A stretch of DNA of 64,000 bases from Candidatus Hydrogenedentota bacterium (GCA_045863335.1 BTVY01000007.1:105932-169931); one strand, 5' to 3'. Positions 1 through 9,732 are shown, counted from the first letter of the stretch. Numbers and translations: made by a program. Notes: a model not told the origin generated them from the letters alone.

Positions 1-310
1 TCACGCAATCCACGATAACGTCGAATTGGCGCAGAACTCCATCCGGGCCCGTCATCCGCGAGAAAAACAAGCCCGTCATGGCGCGGTAGAGCGCCTTTGC
101 ACCGAGACGGGCGATCTGGATGCCGTCCACTTGCTCCAAGGTCTGGCTCTGTGGATGAACCAGGGGTATTCCGCCATGGTTCTGGCACAGCCACGCCACG
201 TAATTGCCTTCGGCGGCAACGCGGCGGAACACCTCGTAGACGTATCGTTCGACGCCCGTTGCGCGAGGGTGTTGCCAATCGCGCGCACACAGGACCAATA
301 TCCGAAGCAT
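1..310 (-). CDS. Glycosyltransferase family 4, N-terminal part (runs off the window start)
   Basis: Manual translation from the ATG at 310: MLRILVLCARDWQHPRATGVERYVYEVFRRVAAEGNYVAWLC..., open to position 1. Matches the GT4 N-terminal pattern RILV..RD..HP..GG.E. Absent from the ORF track because it has no stop in the window. Confidence 0.7.
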   Translation of the reverse strand, partial: MLRILVLCARDWQHPRATGVERYVYEVFRRVAAEGNYVAWLCQNHGGIPLVHPQSQTLEQVDGIQIARLGAKALYRAMTGLFFSRMTGPDGVLRQFDVIVDCV

Positions 311-672
311 GATGAATACCCTTGAACTGGCCGGAAGAGTGAGGTTACCTGCGCTCTCCAATCCCAGTCTGTCCCATTAATTGTGTCAGGATACGGCCGA
401 TTTTGGCAACGTCCGGGACGAAGTTTTTGTGGGAACGGAGGATCTCTACGGTTGATTCTGGGGCGAATCCCGTGCAAAATACGTTCGCCGACAAGTATTT
501 ACCTCTACGTGCGCGAACACGCGAGGCTGAGGTTTCCACGAATGGGCTGGGGGAACGGCGGAGCAGCCTACGGGCGAGTTGGCGGGTGCGCGATGTTGCG
601 CAATGCGACGCGGGGTTGTGTTACTGTACGAGAATGTCGTTCACTGCGGCCGAACGGAAGGTAGATTAGCGT

Positions 673-1398
673 TTGCGATACGCGATCATATCAGATCTGC
701 ATGCCAACCTCGAAGCGGTAGAAGCGGTGCTGCAACGAATTGCACAACATCGGGTCGACCAAATTGTTTGTCTGGGCGATGTGGTTGGCTACAATGCCAG
801 CCCAAACGAATGTGTCGATCGTGTCCGCGAAGCGGGTATCCCCACGATTTGTGGCAATCACGACGCCGTGGCTTGCGGTATCGAGGAACCCTGGGGGTTC
901 AATCCGGTTGCCCTCCATGCGGCACTGTGGACTCGGGAACAATTGACGGAAGACAACCTCGCGTGGATCAAACACCTCCCCGACAACATTCGCTTCGACC
1001 ATTTTCTTGCGACCCACGGATCCCCAAGCGACCGCGACTGCTATCTCTTTACGTGGGAGGATGTCGTACCGCATCTGTCCTATGTGGAGGATCTCGATTA
1101 CGATCTGTGCTTTTTCGGCCACACCCATAGCCCGGGCATTTTCTCGGCAGACGGCCTGTATACGGTCGACGACAATTCCCGGTTTGCGTTGGGCGAGGGC
1201 AAGACGTTCTTCATCAATCCGGGTTCGGTAGGACAACCTCGGGACGGTGACCCGCGGGCGGCCTTCGGCATTTTCGATACCGACAAGAATGAGTATGAAC
1301 ATGTCCGCGTGGACTACGACATCCGAAAAGCCGCCGACCGGGTTGTCGAAGCGGGACTCCCCCCGTTCCTGGGTGAACGTCTGTTCTTGGGCCGGTAG
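673..1398 (+). CDS. Metallophosphoesterase (calcineurin-like, YfcE/MJ0936 type)
   Basis: Motifs SDLHAN, GDVVGY, GNHD, HGSP, GHTH, NPGSVGQPRD. TTG start. Confidence 0.9.
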   Translation: MRYAIISDLHANLEAVEAVLQRIAQHRVDQIVCLGDVVGYNASPNECVDRVREAGIPTICGNHDAVACGIEEPWGFNPVALHAALWTREQLTEDNLAWIKHLPDNIRFDHFLATHGSPSDRDCYLFTWEDVVPHLSYVEDLDYDLCFFGHTHSPGIFSADGLYTVDDNSRFALGEGKTFFINPGSVGQPRDGDPRAAFGIFDTDKNEYEHVRVDYDIRKAADRVVEAGLPPFLGERLFLGR

Positions 1399-1473
1399 GC
1401 ATAGACCTCGGTATCAGGGGTCCAGGACGACGCCGCGGAACGCGGCGGCATCGTTGAAAGAAGGAGTTGCCAA

Positions 1474-2064
1474 GTGCGAACAAGCGAGGTCGTACGCGAC
1501 ACGAATGAGACGAAGATTCGCGTGGCCGTTGCGCTAGACGGAACGGGCGCGTCAGATTTGGAAACGGGGATCGGGTTCTTCGACCACATGTTGAACCATG
1601 TGGCCCGGCACGGGCTATTCGACCTCACCGTGAAAGCCAAAGGTGACCTCGAGATCGACGGGCACCACACGGTCGAGGACGTGGGGATCAGCCTCGGAAA
1701 AGCGTTCCTGCAGGCATTGGGCGACATGAAGGGCATCGCGCGCTTCGGTCATGCGGTTATTCCCATGGACGAGGTGTTGGCCGAAGTCGCCATCGATTTC
1801 AGCGGGCGCCCATTCTTGTCGTTCCAGGCGGACTTGCCGCGGGGGCGCGTCGGGGAGTTTGATTCGGAACTGACGGAAGAGTTCTTCCGCGCATTCGCAG
1901 TCAACAGCCGCAGCACGCTGCATATCGTCCTTCGCCGGGGCGGCAACCTTCACCACTGCATCGAAGGGATATTCAAGGCCTTCGCACGCGCCCTGGATCG
2001 CGCCACTCAACTCGACCTCCGAATTGAGGGGGTGCCGTCGACCAAGGGCATGTTGGAAACCTGA
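1474..2064 (+). CDS. hisB: Imidazoleglycerol-phosphate dehydratase
   Basis: TGIGFFDHML, DGHHTVEDVG, PMDE and NLHHCIEGIFKAF motifs. GAAGGAG RBS upstream of the GTG. Confidence 0.97.
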   Translation: MRTSEVVRDTNETKIRVAVALDGTGASDLETGIGFFDHMLNHVARHGLFDLTVKAKGDLEIDGHHTVEDVGISLGKAFLQALGDMKGIARFGHAVIPMDEVLAEVAIDFSGRPFLSFQADLPRGRVGEFDSELTEEFFRAFAVNSRSTLHIVLRRGGNLHHCIEGIFKAFARALDRATQLDLRIEGVPSTKGMLET

Positions 2065-2094
2065 CGTGGGCGACGGCGCGGGGCGTGACTTCGC

Positions 2095-3018
2095 ATGAAT
2101 CGAGAATTCACGGCCGGCGTGTCGCCGGAACGCGGCGAGAACGCGGATAGCGCACCATATTCCCCCACGGACGATTGCGTCGGCGTGTTGATCGTCAACC
2201 GCAACAAGCGGGACTATCTTCTGCGCGCGCTTGAGCATGTCTTCGCCTCCACGCACCCACACCTCAAGGTCGTTGTGGCCGATGACCATTCAGTCGACGA
2301 TTCGGTCGCCGCGGTTCGCGAGCGGCACCCGGATGTGCATGTCATAGTGACACACGAACGGCGGGGTGCGCCCGGCATTCGAAACGACGGGATTCAACCT
2401 TTGCTGGAGGATTCGTCCGTCCGCTTCGTGGTGTTCCTGGACAATGATGCGTTCGTCGATCCCGGTGCTATTTCCGCGATGATGGAGGCCGCAAACCGCG
2501 ACCCCTCGATTGGAATCGTCGCACCAAAGGCTTTCCGCAATCGATCGGAGCGAATCCTGTATTCCGCCGGCGAACTTCGCGTCAATTTCTGCACCGGGAC
2601 CGTGCGTGATGTGGGCGCCGGAGAGGTGGACAAAGGCCAGCACGACGTGGCCCGTGCCATTCAAGCCTGCGCTTCGTTCGCCATGCTGGTGCGCCGGGAG
2701 GTTATCGAGGTTTGCGACGGATTCGATGAAGCCTTCTATCCCTATGGATGGGAGGATGTGGACTTCACGCTGCGCGCGCGACAGCACGGGTACACGATAT
2801 GGTACGCTCCGGCCGCGACGGTGGAGCACCTCGGTGGAAAGATGGGGCGCGGTCTGGTACTTGACTACGAAATCGCGAAGGCAAGAAACCTCTTCCGGCT
2901 CATGGCCCGCCACGCCTCGTGGCTGCAGTGGGTTAGCTTCCTTATTGTCCTGCCATGGCGCGCAGCGCTCATGGTCCTTTCACGAATCCTTGGCCGTGTT
3001 ATGATAGGGTCCAGGTAG
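2095..3018 (+). CDS. Glycosyltransferase family 2
   Basis: VVADDHSVD, FLDNDA (DxD), GFDEAF..GWEDVDF motifs. Confidence 0.9.
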   Translation: MNREFTAGVSPERGENADSAPYSPTDDCVGVLIVNRNKRDYLLRALEHVFASTHPHLKVVVADDHSVDDSVAAVRERHPDVHVIVTHERRGAPGIRNDGIQPLLEDSSVRFVVFLDNDAFVDPGAISAMMEAANRDPSIGIVAPKAFRNRSERILYSAGELRVNFCTGTVRDVGAGEVDKGQHDVARAIQACASFAMLVRREVIEVCDGFDEAFYPYGWEDVDFTLRARQHGYTIWYAPAATVEHLGGKMGRGLVLDYEIAKARNLFRLMARHASWLQWVSFLIVLPWRAALMVLSRILGRVMIGSR

Positions 3019-3087
3019 GCCGTTACTTAGCAGACACATCAGCCGGACCAAAATGGGCAATTGGGCCGGACGTTGGGGAGAGTGACC

Positions 3088-4665
3088 ATGTCATTGCGCG
3101 TACTTGCGTTGTCCGTCGAGACAGCCAGCCCGGAAGCGATAGACCGCGGTTGTGCGGAAGGGTTCATGCCGAACCTGAGCGCGCTTCGCGAACGTGGCGC
3201 CTACGGCCCGCTGGAGAGTGTTTCAAACATCTCGAGCGGTTCCATTTGGCCTTCCATGTATACGGGCTGCATGCCGTCGAAACACGGCATCGCAAATTTT
3301 CATATGCATTTCGTGAACGGGACCTACCACATCGACCGGTACGGTCCCAACCAGGTGATGCGGCCCGCCGTGTGGGACCATCTGGCGAAAGCCGGAAAAC
3401 GATCGGTCATCATGGACGTTCCATTAACGCGACCGCACCCCGGAATGAACGGAATCATGATCTCCGCGTGGGGAGTCGAAGGTCCCGCGTGGCGACGTCA
3501 GACGCACCCCTCCGAGTTGCTGAGGCAATTGGATCGCCAATTCGGACCCTATCCGCTGCCGAACGACGATTACCGCCGAAGCATCCGCTCCACAGAGTTG
3601 GACAAGGTGCGCGAGCTACGTGACATCCTGTTCAATGGCATGCGCCTGAAAACCCGCGTGTTGAAACACCTCATGAGAACCGAACCGTGGGATTTCGTTC
3701 TGGGCGTATTCTCAGAAACCCATTGGGCGGACCACGTCATGTATCACGTCATCGATCCGGCCCATCCGGATTACCGTCCGGAGTTCAAGGATGAGTTCGG
3801 GAGTTTCTTCGAAGACTTGTTCGCCCTGCAGGACGCATGCATTGGCGAACTGATCGACGGTCTCGATGACGACGTCATCGTGCTGGTGTTCTCGGGTTCG
3901 GGGGTCCGCCCCAGTTACTACGGAAATCACCTTCTGCCCGACGTGCTCGAGCGACTCGGGTACGGTTCTGGCCCGGGCGGCGCGCCGGAACCAGAGGAAA
4001 GTGCCGAGTCCACGAAATCCTGGAGTTACTATCGCATCCGGCAGATTCAAGATACCGTCTCCACTCCGGTCATCATGACCCTGAAGAAGCTCGCACCAAC
4101 GCGCCTTTGGGAGAAGTGGACGCGGCGGCTGATTTTTGCCCGGGAACGCTGGGCCGATAGCCGGGCGTTCTGTCTTCCCAACGACTACTGCGGCAGCATT
4201 CGCATCAACCTCGAAGGGCGCGAGCCCAACGGCAAAGTGCGGAAAAACGAATACGACGCGGTCTGCGCCGAACTGACCAACGAAATGCTGGCGCTAGAGA
4301 ATCCGGACACCGGCAGTCCCGCAGTGGAAGCGGTCTTGAAGATTCGCGAGTGCTGCCCCGGCGAGCACGCGGATCGCCTGCCCGATCTTTCTGTAGTCTG
4401 GTCGGACAAGCACCCCATTCGCGCACTGCGATCTCCGCGCGTGGGCACGGTGCGCGGAGAAAACCCCGAACGCAGGCCCGGCGCCCACAGCAATGTCGGT
4501 TTCGTTACCGCGGCGGGACGCGGAGTCCGCGCCGGCGCACCGCTCGAAAACGCCCGGCTCATCGACCTCGCGCCTACAGTGCTTCACGCGATGGGGATCG
4601 AGCCAGGGGAGGAGATGGACGGCCGGCCGCTGCCCCTATGGGACCGGGTCGCAGTGCCGAATTGA
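3088..4665 (+). CDS. Alkaline phosphatase superfamily / type I phosphodiesterase-like protein
   Basis: MPNL...GAYGPLES, IWPSMYTG...HG, INLEGREPNG and GAHS...IDLAPTVL motifs. Start taken at the ATG at 3088 after GGGGAG. Confidence 0.8.
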   Translation: MSLRVLALSVETASPEAIDRGCAEGFMPNLSALRERGAYGPLESVSNISSGSIWPSMYTGCMPSKHGIANFHMHFVNGTYHIDRYGPNQVMRPAVWDHLAKAGKRSVIMDVPLTRPHPGMNGIMISAWGVEGPAWRRQTHPSELLRQLDRQFGPYPLPNDDYRRSIRSTELDKVRELRDILFNGMRLKTRVLKHLMRTEPWDFVLGVFSETHWADHVMYHVIDPAHPDYRPEFKDEFGSFFEDLFALQDACIGELIDGLDDDVIVLVFSGSGVRPSYYGNHLLPDVLERLGYGSGPGGAPEPEESAESTKSWSYYRIRQIQDTVSTPVIMTLKKLAPTRLWEKWTRRLIFARERWADSRAFCLPNDYCGSIRINLEGREPNGKVRKNEYDAVCAELTNEMLALENPDTGSPAVEAVLKIRECCPGEHADRLPDLSVVWSDKHPIRALRSPRVGTVRGENPERRPGAHSNVGFVTAAGRGVRAGAPLENARLIDLAPTVLHAMGIEPGEEMDGRPLPLWDRVAVPN

Positions 4666-4726
4666 TCCGGTTCGGGAATCGCTCCATTCGTCCGCTACGG
4701 CGTCGTAATCGAGCGCATACGACGGC

Positions 4727-4755
4727 GTGACAACCCCGTGTGCCTTCGTTATAAT
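4727..4755 (+). promoter_or_regulatory. Sigma70-type promoter of the USP-HDOD operon
   Basis: GTGACA (4727-4732), 17 nt, TATAAT (4750-4755). Confidence 0.6.
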
Positions 4756-4814
4756 AATCATTCGCAAGTGCGGTTAGACCGACGACCCGGGAAGGAGTTC
4801 AAGAGCGCCGTTTT

Positions 4815-5648
4815 ATGATTAAGCACATTCTTGTACCTACCGACGGCAGCGAGCAAGCGGTATGTGGCGTGCGGTACGCAGTCGCGGTTGCCAAGCAGTA
4901 CGGCGCTAAAATCCACGGCTTGCATGTAATTGACCTGAAACTCCTGGAAGGTCCGATTCTGCGCGACGTATCGGCCTCCCTCGGCACGGCGCCCTACGCG
5001 AACTACGAGGGCAACATCAGCATGATCCTCGAAGAACGCGGAAAGGTCGCGCTCCAAGTATGCGAGCGGCTGGCCAAGGAATCCGGCGTGGACGTTACCG
5101 TCCAGAATGTTACCGGGCTTGTCGAGCGCACGATTCTCGAAAAGAGCGAGCTGGTCGACCTGGTCGTGATGGGCCGTAGTGGGGAACACAGCGAGTGGCT
5201 GGAAGGCGTGCTTGGTTCAACGACGGAATCGGTGGTGCGCCGGACTACAAAGCCCGTGCTGGTAACCGGCCGGGAGACGCCCGGCAACGATCGTTTTGTC
5301 ATCGCCTACGACGGCTCCACCCATGCACGGCGCGCGCTGAGCGTTGCCGCGGACGTGAGTGGCAGTTGGAAGGCTCCGCTGGACGTGCTCGTCGTGGGAA
5401 ATGGAACCAAGTCGGAAGCGGCGGTAGCGGAAGCGCGCAATTACCTTGAACCTCACGAGCTTACGGTCCGTTACGTGCTGCGGGAGGGCGACCCGAGCGA
5501 GGTCATCGTTGGCTACGCCCGGGAATGCAACGCGGATTTGCTTGTGATGGGCGCCTACGGGCACACCAAAGTGCGGGCATTGGTTGTGGGAAGCACGACT
5601 GCGTACGCCATGAATCACGCGCCGTGCCCGCTCCTCCTCACCCGATAA
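4815..5648 (+). CDS. Universal stress protein (two USP domains)
   Basis: ILVPTDGS, DLVVMGRSG...LGSTTESVVR and DLLVMGAYGH...VGSTT...APCPLL. Confidence 0.92.
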   Translation: MIKHILVPTDGSEQAVCGVRYAVAVAKQYGAKIHGLHVIDLKLLEGPILRDVSASLGTAPYANYEGNISMILEERGKVALQVCERLAKESGVDVTVQNVTGLVERTILEKSELVDLVVMGRSGEHSEWLEGVLGSTTESVVRRTTKPVLVTGRETPGNDRFVIAYDGSTHARRALSVAADVSGSWKAPLDVLVVGNGTKSEAAVAEARNYLEPHELTVRYVLREGDPSEVIVGYARECNADLLVMGAYGHTKVRALVVGSTTAYAMNHAPCPLLLTR

Positions 5649-5675
5649 CGGCAACACGAAGGAACGCGAACGCAA

Positions 5676-6548
5676 ATGGAACCGATTCGGAATCTTGATC
5701 AGATTATCGAGCGCGTCGGCGATCTTCCGGCAATCCCGGAAGTGGTCGCCGAGGTGCTCAGGGCGACCGACGATCCGTTGGTCGATATGGCGGATGTGAC
5801 TGAGATCATCGAGCGGGACCCTGCGATGACGGCGAAGATACTTCGCATCAGCAATTCGCCCTACTACGGAATGAAACAGTACGTGGGCACCCTCAAACTC
5901 GCCCTGGTGATCCTGGGCGTCCGGGAAGTGCGAAACATCGTCCTCGGAGTGTCTGTATTCGACACGTTGAAGGATGGAAAGCACAACAAGCTGATACCCG
6001 ATTCGTTTTGGAACCACTCCTTTCTCGTCGGTGGTCTGTCGAAACAATTGGCGACCACCATGCGCCTGGGCATGCACGGTGAAGCCTTCATCTGCGGGCT
6101 CTTGCACGATATGGGCAAACTCGTCTTGCTCCGGCAAATGTCGACGCCGTATGCGAAGCTGCTGGAATCGGCGCGGGAACGCCCGGAGTCGCTCTGCGAA
6201 GCCGAAGTCTCCCAGTATGGGTTCACCCATGCCGACGCGGCGGCCGCGCTCGCCGAGCGGTGGAACTTCCCGAAGACCCTTGCCGACGCGATCCATCTCC
6301 ACCATCCGGCCCGCGATACGGCACTGAGCACCGCAAAGGACCCCAAGCTCGCCGCCATCGTAAGGCTTGCCAACGTTGCCGTGCACGAGGATCTGGATGA
6401 AGCGGATGGTCCTTCCGCGGCAACGTCGGACAGCGAGATCTGGACCGTCCTCAGCGCCTCGCCGGCTCCAATCGATGCTGCCGATCGCCGCAAGGTATTG
6501 GCGGAAATGATCGAGGAACTGAAAGGCAATCCGACGCCCCAGTTCTGA
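5676..6548 (+). CDS. HDOD domain signal-transduction protein
   Basis: LPAIPEV, IERDPAMTAKILRISNSPYYG, FWNHS, GLLHDMGK, WNFP...AIHLHH. Confidence 0.92.
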   Translation: MEPIRNLDQIIERVGDLPAIPEVVAEVLRATDDPLVDMADVTEIIERDPAMTAKILRISNSPYYGMKQYVGTLKLALVILGVREVRNIVLGVSVFDTLKDGKHNKLIPDSFWNHSFLVGGLSKQLATTMRLGMHGEAFICGLLHDMGKLVLLRQMSTPYAKLLESARERPESLCEAEVSQYGFTHADAAAALAERWNFPKTLADAIHLHHPARDTALSTAKDPKLAAIVRLANVAVHEDLDEADGPSAATSDSEIWTVLSASPAPIDAADRRKVLAEMIEELKGNPTPQF

Positions 6549-6617
6549 CGGTTGAACACCAAGCATTCGGCCCTCCACTTCACGGTGCGCGGGGTCTTCA
6601 GGAGTCAGTACACCACC

Positions 6618-6878
6618 ATGGCAAAGAAGGAACGAATTCCAATCCAACGCTCGGACGGCTTGGAATCGATTGATTTGGAACTGGACGAAGCGCTTGGCAG
6701 ATTGGACGGCGCCAACGAGCGGATCGTGAACCTGTTGCAGTCTATCGAAACGGCAAATGCCGCCGACGAGACGAAGGTTTATGCGGAAGAAGGCGACGAC
6801 GACGAGGAGCATGTCGAACCGGCGGCAAACGAACCGCCGGAGTCGTCGGATGAGAACGCCCGAACTCCCGCTGAATGA
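6618..6878 (+). CDS. Small acidic hypothetical protein (86 aa)
   Basis: ATG after AGGAG. Helical N-terminal half and D/E-rich tail. No recognised family. Confidence 0.65.
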   Translation: MAKKERIPIQRSDGLESIDLELDEALGRLDGANERIVNLLQSIETANAADETKVYAEEGDDDEEHVEPAANEPPESSDENARTPAE

Positions 6879-6944
6879 GGTTGCGATCCTGAGCGCTCGA
6901 TTCCCCCGCGGGCGTGTCGATTCGCGGAGGAACCACCGCGTCCC

Positions 6945-7008
6945 GTTATCCAAATCGGGATCGATATCGAAGCATGTTCCCGATGCCGATTTCGATGTTG
7001 ATTTTGAC
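6945..7008. repeat. Inverted 6-nt-period array (ATCNNN)n / (NNNGAT)n
   Basis: ATC at 6948, 6954, 6960, 6966, then GAT at 6982, 6988, 6994, 7000 and GAC at 7006. Related copies at 37114 and 56017. Confidence 0.75.
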
Positions 7009-7064
7009 ACGGGCAAATGCGCAGCAGCCAATCGGAACAATCGGCCAATTGCGCTCAGTTGGCA

Positions 7065-8276
7065 ATGAGCGGCGAGACGCACGTAGTGACCATCCCTATT
7101 GACACTGCACCCGCCGAGAACGGCGCACTCAAGATTCTTATGACCGATCCCCATCTCAAAGGCGGGGGGCAGGTGCGCTACGTCGTCAATCTTTCCCGGG
7201 AACTGGTGCGGTTGGGACACCAGGTGACTATCGGCTGCAAGCCGGACAGCGTACTTGCCGAGGGCGCTCGCGACGCGGGATGCGGCGTCTTGAACGAATT
7301 CAGTTACCGCGGCGGGCTGCGCCCACGCTGCTGGCTGCGCGATATCGCACGAGCACGGCGGTTCATAGCCGAAGCAAAGCCCGACATTCTTCATGCCAAC
7401 GGATCGCAGGACCATTGGGTCAGCGCGGTGGCCAACCGGCTCGACGGGTTCCCCGCGACCATGGTGCGAACGCGCCACAATACGTACGCGGTCAGCGAAA
7501 GCTGGGCAAACGGGACGCTCAATCGCGCGTGGACGGACTACCAGATCGCCGTGTGCGAAGCCGTATTCGAACTCCGGGCGACCCGGCCGGTGTTCGACGC
7601 GACGCGCATGTGCGCGATTCACAATGGCGTCGACCCAGACGCGTTCAAACCGAACCCGGAAACGCGGCGGCGAATGCGTGGCGCGTTTGGATTCGACGAG
7701 GACCAGGTGGTGCTTGGCATGGCCGCACGGCTGACCGAAGCGAAGGGACATCAATTCCTGTTTCGCGCGGTTACGGGATTGAAAGCGCGGCACCCGGCAC
7801 TCCGGCTCCTGATTCTCGGACAAGGCGATCTCGAGAGTCACCTCAAGCGCCTTGCCGGCGAACTGGGAATCGCCGACATTACGACCTTCGCCGGTTTCCG
7901 CACTGATATTGCAAACTGCGTGCAGGCTTTCGATGTCGGTGTACAACCGTCCATCGACTGCGAGGCGTCCTCCTTCAGCGTAATGGAACAGATGGCGACC
8001 GAGGTGCCCATGGTAGCTTCCGACCACGGCGGCACCAAGGAGATCGTGCGCGACGGCCAGGACGGCTACATCGTCCCGCAGGGGACGGTGGAGCCGCTCG
8101 CAGAAGCGCTTGAGAAACTGATGGCCGATCCCGCCCTGCGAAAACAAATGGGGGTCTCCGCGCGGCAACGGATCGCCGAGGAATTCACGCTGACCAAACT
8201 CGCCGAACGAACGGTCGCCGCATACCGGCGCGCCCTCGATGTACACGGCGCGCGGCGCCACAATGTTGTGCCGTGA
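7065..8276 (+). CDS. Glycosyltransferase family 4
   Basis: GGGQVRYV, IHNGVD, ARLTEAKGH, EASSFSVMEQMA, SDHGGTKEIV. Start chosen at the ATG at 7065. Confidence 0.9.
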   Translation: MSGETHVVTIPIDTAPAENGALKILMTDPHLKGGGQVRYVVNLSRELVRLGHQVTIGCKPDSVLAEGARDAGCGVLNEFSYRGGLRPRCWLRDIARARRFIAEAKPDILHANGSQDHWVSAVANRLDGFPATMVRTRHNTYAVSESWANGTLNRAWTDYQIAVCEAVFELRATRPVFDATRMCAIHNGVDPDAFKPNPETRRRMRGAFGFDEDQVVLGMAARLTEAKGHQFLFRAVTGLKARHPALRLLILGQGDLESHLKRLAGELGIADITTFAGFRTDIANCVQAFDVGVQPSIDCEASSFSVMEQMATEVPMVASDHGGTKEIVRDGQDGYIVPQGTVEPLAEALEKLMADPALRKQMGVSARQRIAEEFTLTKLAERTVAAYRRALDVHGARRHNVVP

Positions 8277-8359
8277 TAACGCGCGTGCAATTCCACCGGG
8301 CCAATCGAAACGCTCCTGCCAAATCGGTAACGCCGTCGCGTCATTGCGCGATGGCGGAC

Positions 8360-8415
8360 TTGTGGTGCAGGCTTCCAACCTGCGCAGGTCGCCGGGCTGG
8401 AAGCCTGCACCACAA
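8360..8415. repeat. REP-like inverted repeat with GTGG foot
   Basis: TTGTGGTGCAGGCTTCCA (8360-8377) is the perfect reverse complement of TGGAAGCCTGCACCACAA (8398-8415). Confidence 0.85.
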
Positions 8416-8490
8416 TGCTCACAACGCCGGAATCAGTAGTGAGACCGGTTCACGGAGACAAGGGATGAACCCTCCGAAAGGACACTGCGC

Positions 8491-9576
8491 GTGAGGATTC
8501 TCCACATCGACGAGCAGCGGGGCTGGCGGGGCGGCGAGCAACAGGCGAGTTATCTCATTCGCGGGCTCGTTGAAAGAGGCCATGATTGCGCCATCGCGGG
8601 CCGCACAGGGAGCGCCTTTGTCACTGCCGACCACGGACCTGGGTTGTTCGAAATCGTGGAAGCGCCCTTCCGTGGCGAGGCCGACCTTTGGACCGCATTC
8701 AAACTTTCGCGCGCCGTGCGCCGCCTGGACATCGACATCCTGCACGCACACACGAGCCACGCGCTGACGTACGCCGTGCTCGCGCGGAAATTGGCGGGGC
8801 GGGGTAAGGTGGTCGCATCGCGCCGGGTGGACTTTCCTCCGCGGCAGAACGCCTTCAGCCGATGGAAGTACGGCGCGGCCGACCACATCATCGCCATCTC
8901 CGGGAAGATTGCGGAAGTCATGCGGACGTTCGGCGTGCCTGAGTCCCGGCTCAGCGTGGTCTACAGCGGGATCGACCCGGCACGGCTCGACGTGCCGCCG
9001 CTGTCGCGCTCGTCGCTGGGCGTTCCAGAAGGGGTTCCCCTGCTGGGCAATGTGGCGGCGTTGGTGGGGCATAAGGATCACCAGACCCTGATCGCCGCCA
9101 TGGCCGAAGTCCTGCGCGCCGTACCCGAGGCACATCTGGTTGTCGCGGGCGAGGGCCCCCTGCGGCCCGAATTGGAACGGCAGATTGCGGGGTTGAATCT
9201 CGGCCACGCCGTACACCTGCTTGGGTTCAGGAATGATGTGCCGGCGATTTTGAAAGCGCTCGACGTCTTTGTCATGTCCAGCAAGGAAGAAGGCCTGGGC
9301 ACCTCCGTACTCGACGCCATGGCCGCCGGCGTTCCCGTGGTCGCCACCGCCGCCGGCGGGATTCCCGAAATGGTGCGGGACCGGTCGACGGGGCTGCTGG
9401 CAACAGCGCGCAACCCGCGGCAGTTGGCGGATCAAGTCATCGAGATGGTCCGCGATTGCCGGCTGGCCGAGCGGTTGCGCGAGAACGCATTGACGCTCGT
9501 GTACGATCGTTTTACAACCAGTGCCATGGTCGCGGGGAATTCCGAGGTGTACGAAAATGTGGTGCGAAGCGGGTAG
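8491..9576 (+). CDS. Glycosyltransferase family 4
   Basis: WRGGEQQ, HAHTSHA, HKDH, EEGLGTSVLDAMAAGVPVV, GGIPEMV. Confidence 0.92.
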   Translation: MRILHIDEQRGWRGGEQQASYLIRGLVERGHDCAIAGRTGSAFVTADHGPGLFEIVEAPFRGEADLWTAFKLSRAVRRLDIDILHAHTSHALTYAVLARKLAGRGKVVASRRVDFPPRQNAFSRWKYGAADHIIAISGKIAEVMRTFGVPESRLSVVYSGIDPARLDVPPLSRSSLGVPEGVPLLGNVAALVGHKDHQTLIAAMAEVLRAVPEAHLVVAGEGPLRPELERQIAGLNLGHAVHLLGFRNDVPAILKALDVFVMSSKEEGLGTSVLDAMAAGVPVVATAAGGIPEMVRDRSTGLLATARNPRQLADQVIEMVRDCRLAERLRENALTLVYDRFTTSAMVAGNSEVYENVVRSG

Positions 9577-9703
9577 CCGCTCCAAGTCCAGTACGTGGCC
9601 GGGGACGGGATGCCGGTGAACCGAGCATCAGCCGGGCCAGGGTTTCGCGATGGAAGCTTCATTAAAACGAGGCGTGCTCGCTTACCCGTGCAAGCGAACC
9701 AAC

Positions 9704-9732
9704 TTGCAAAGATCCGGAAACTTACCTATACT
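9704..9732 (+). promoter_or_regulatory. Sigma70-type promoter upstream of the small lipoprotein gene
   Basis: TTGCAA (9704-9709), 17 nt, TATACT (9727-9732). Confidence 0.65.

Noticed and set aside
1427-1454. GC hairpin between the phosphoesterase gene and hisB as a terminator
   Set aside because: No U-tract, and the genes are co-oriented with a short gap.
1474-2064. hisB away from other his genes
   Set aside because: Dispersed his genes are common in many lineages, so this is not informative by itself.
5217-8378. 1053-aa ORF on the minus strand
   Set aside because: Shadow ORF. The four plus-strand genes it covers (starts 4815, 5676, 6618, 7065) share one frame, and the antisense frame is codon-aligned, so stops need TTA/CTA/TCA sense codons that are rare in GC-rich genes. 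The translation has no motifs.
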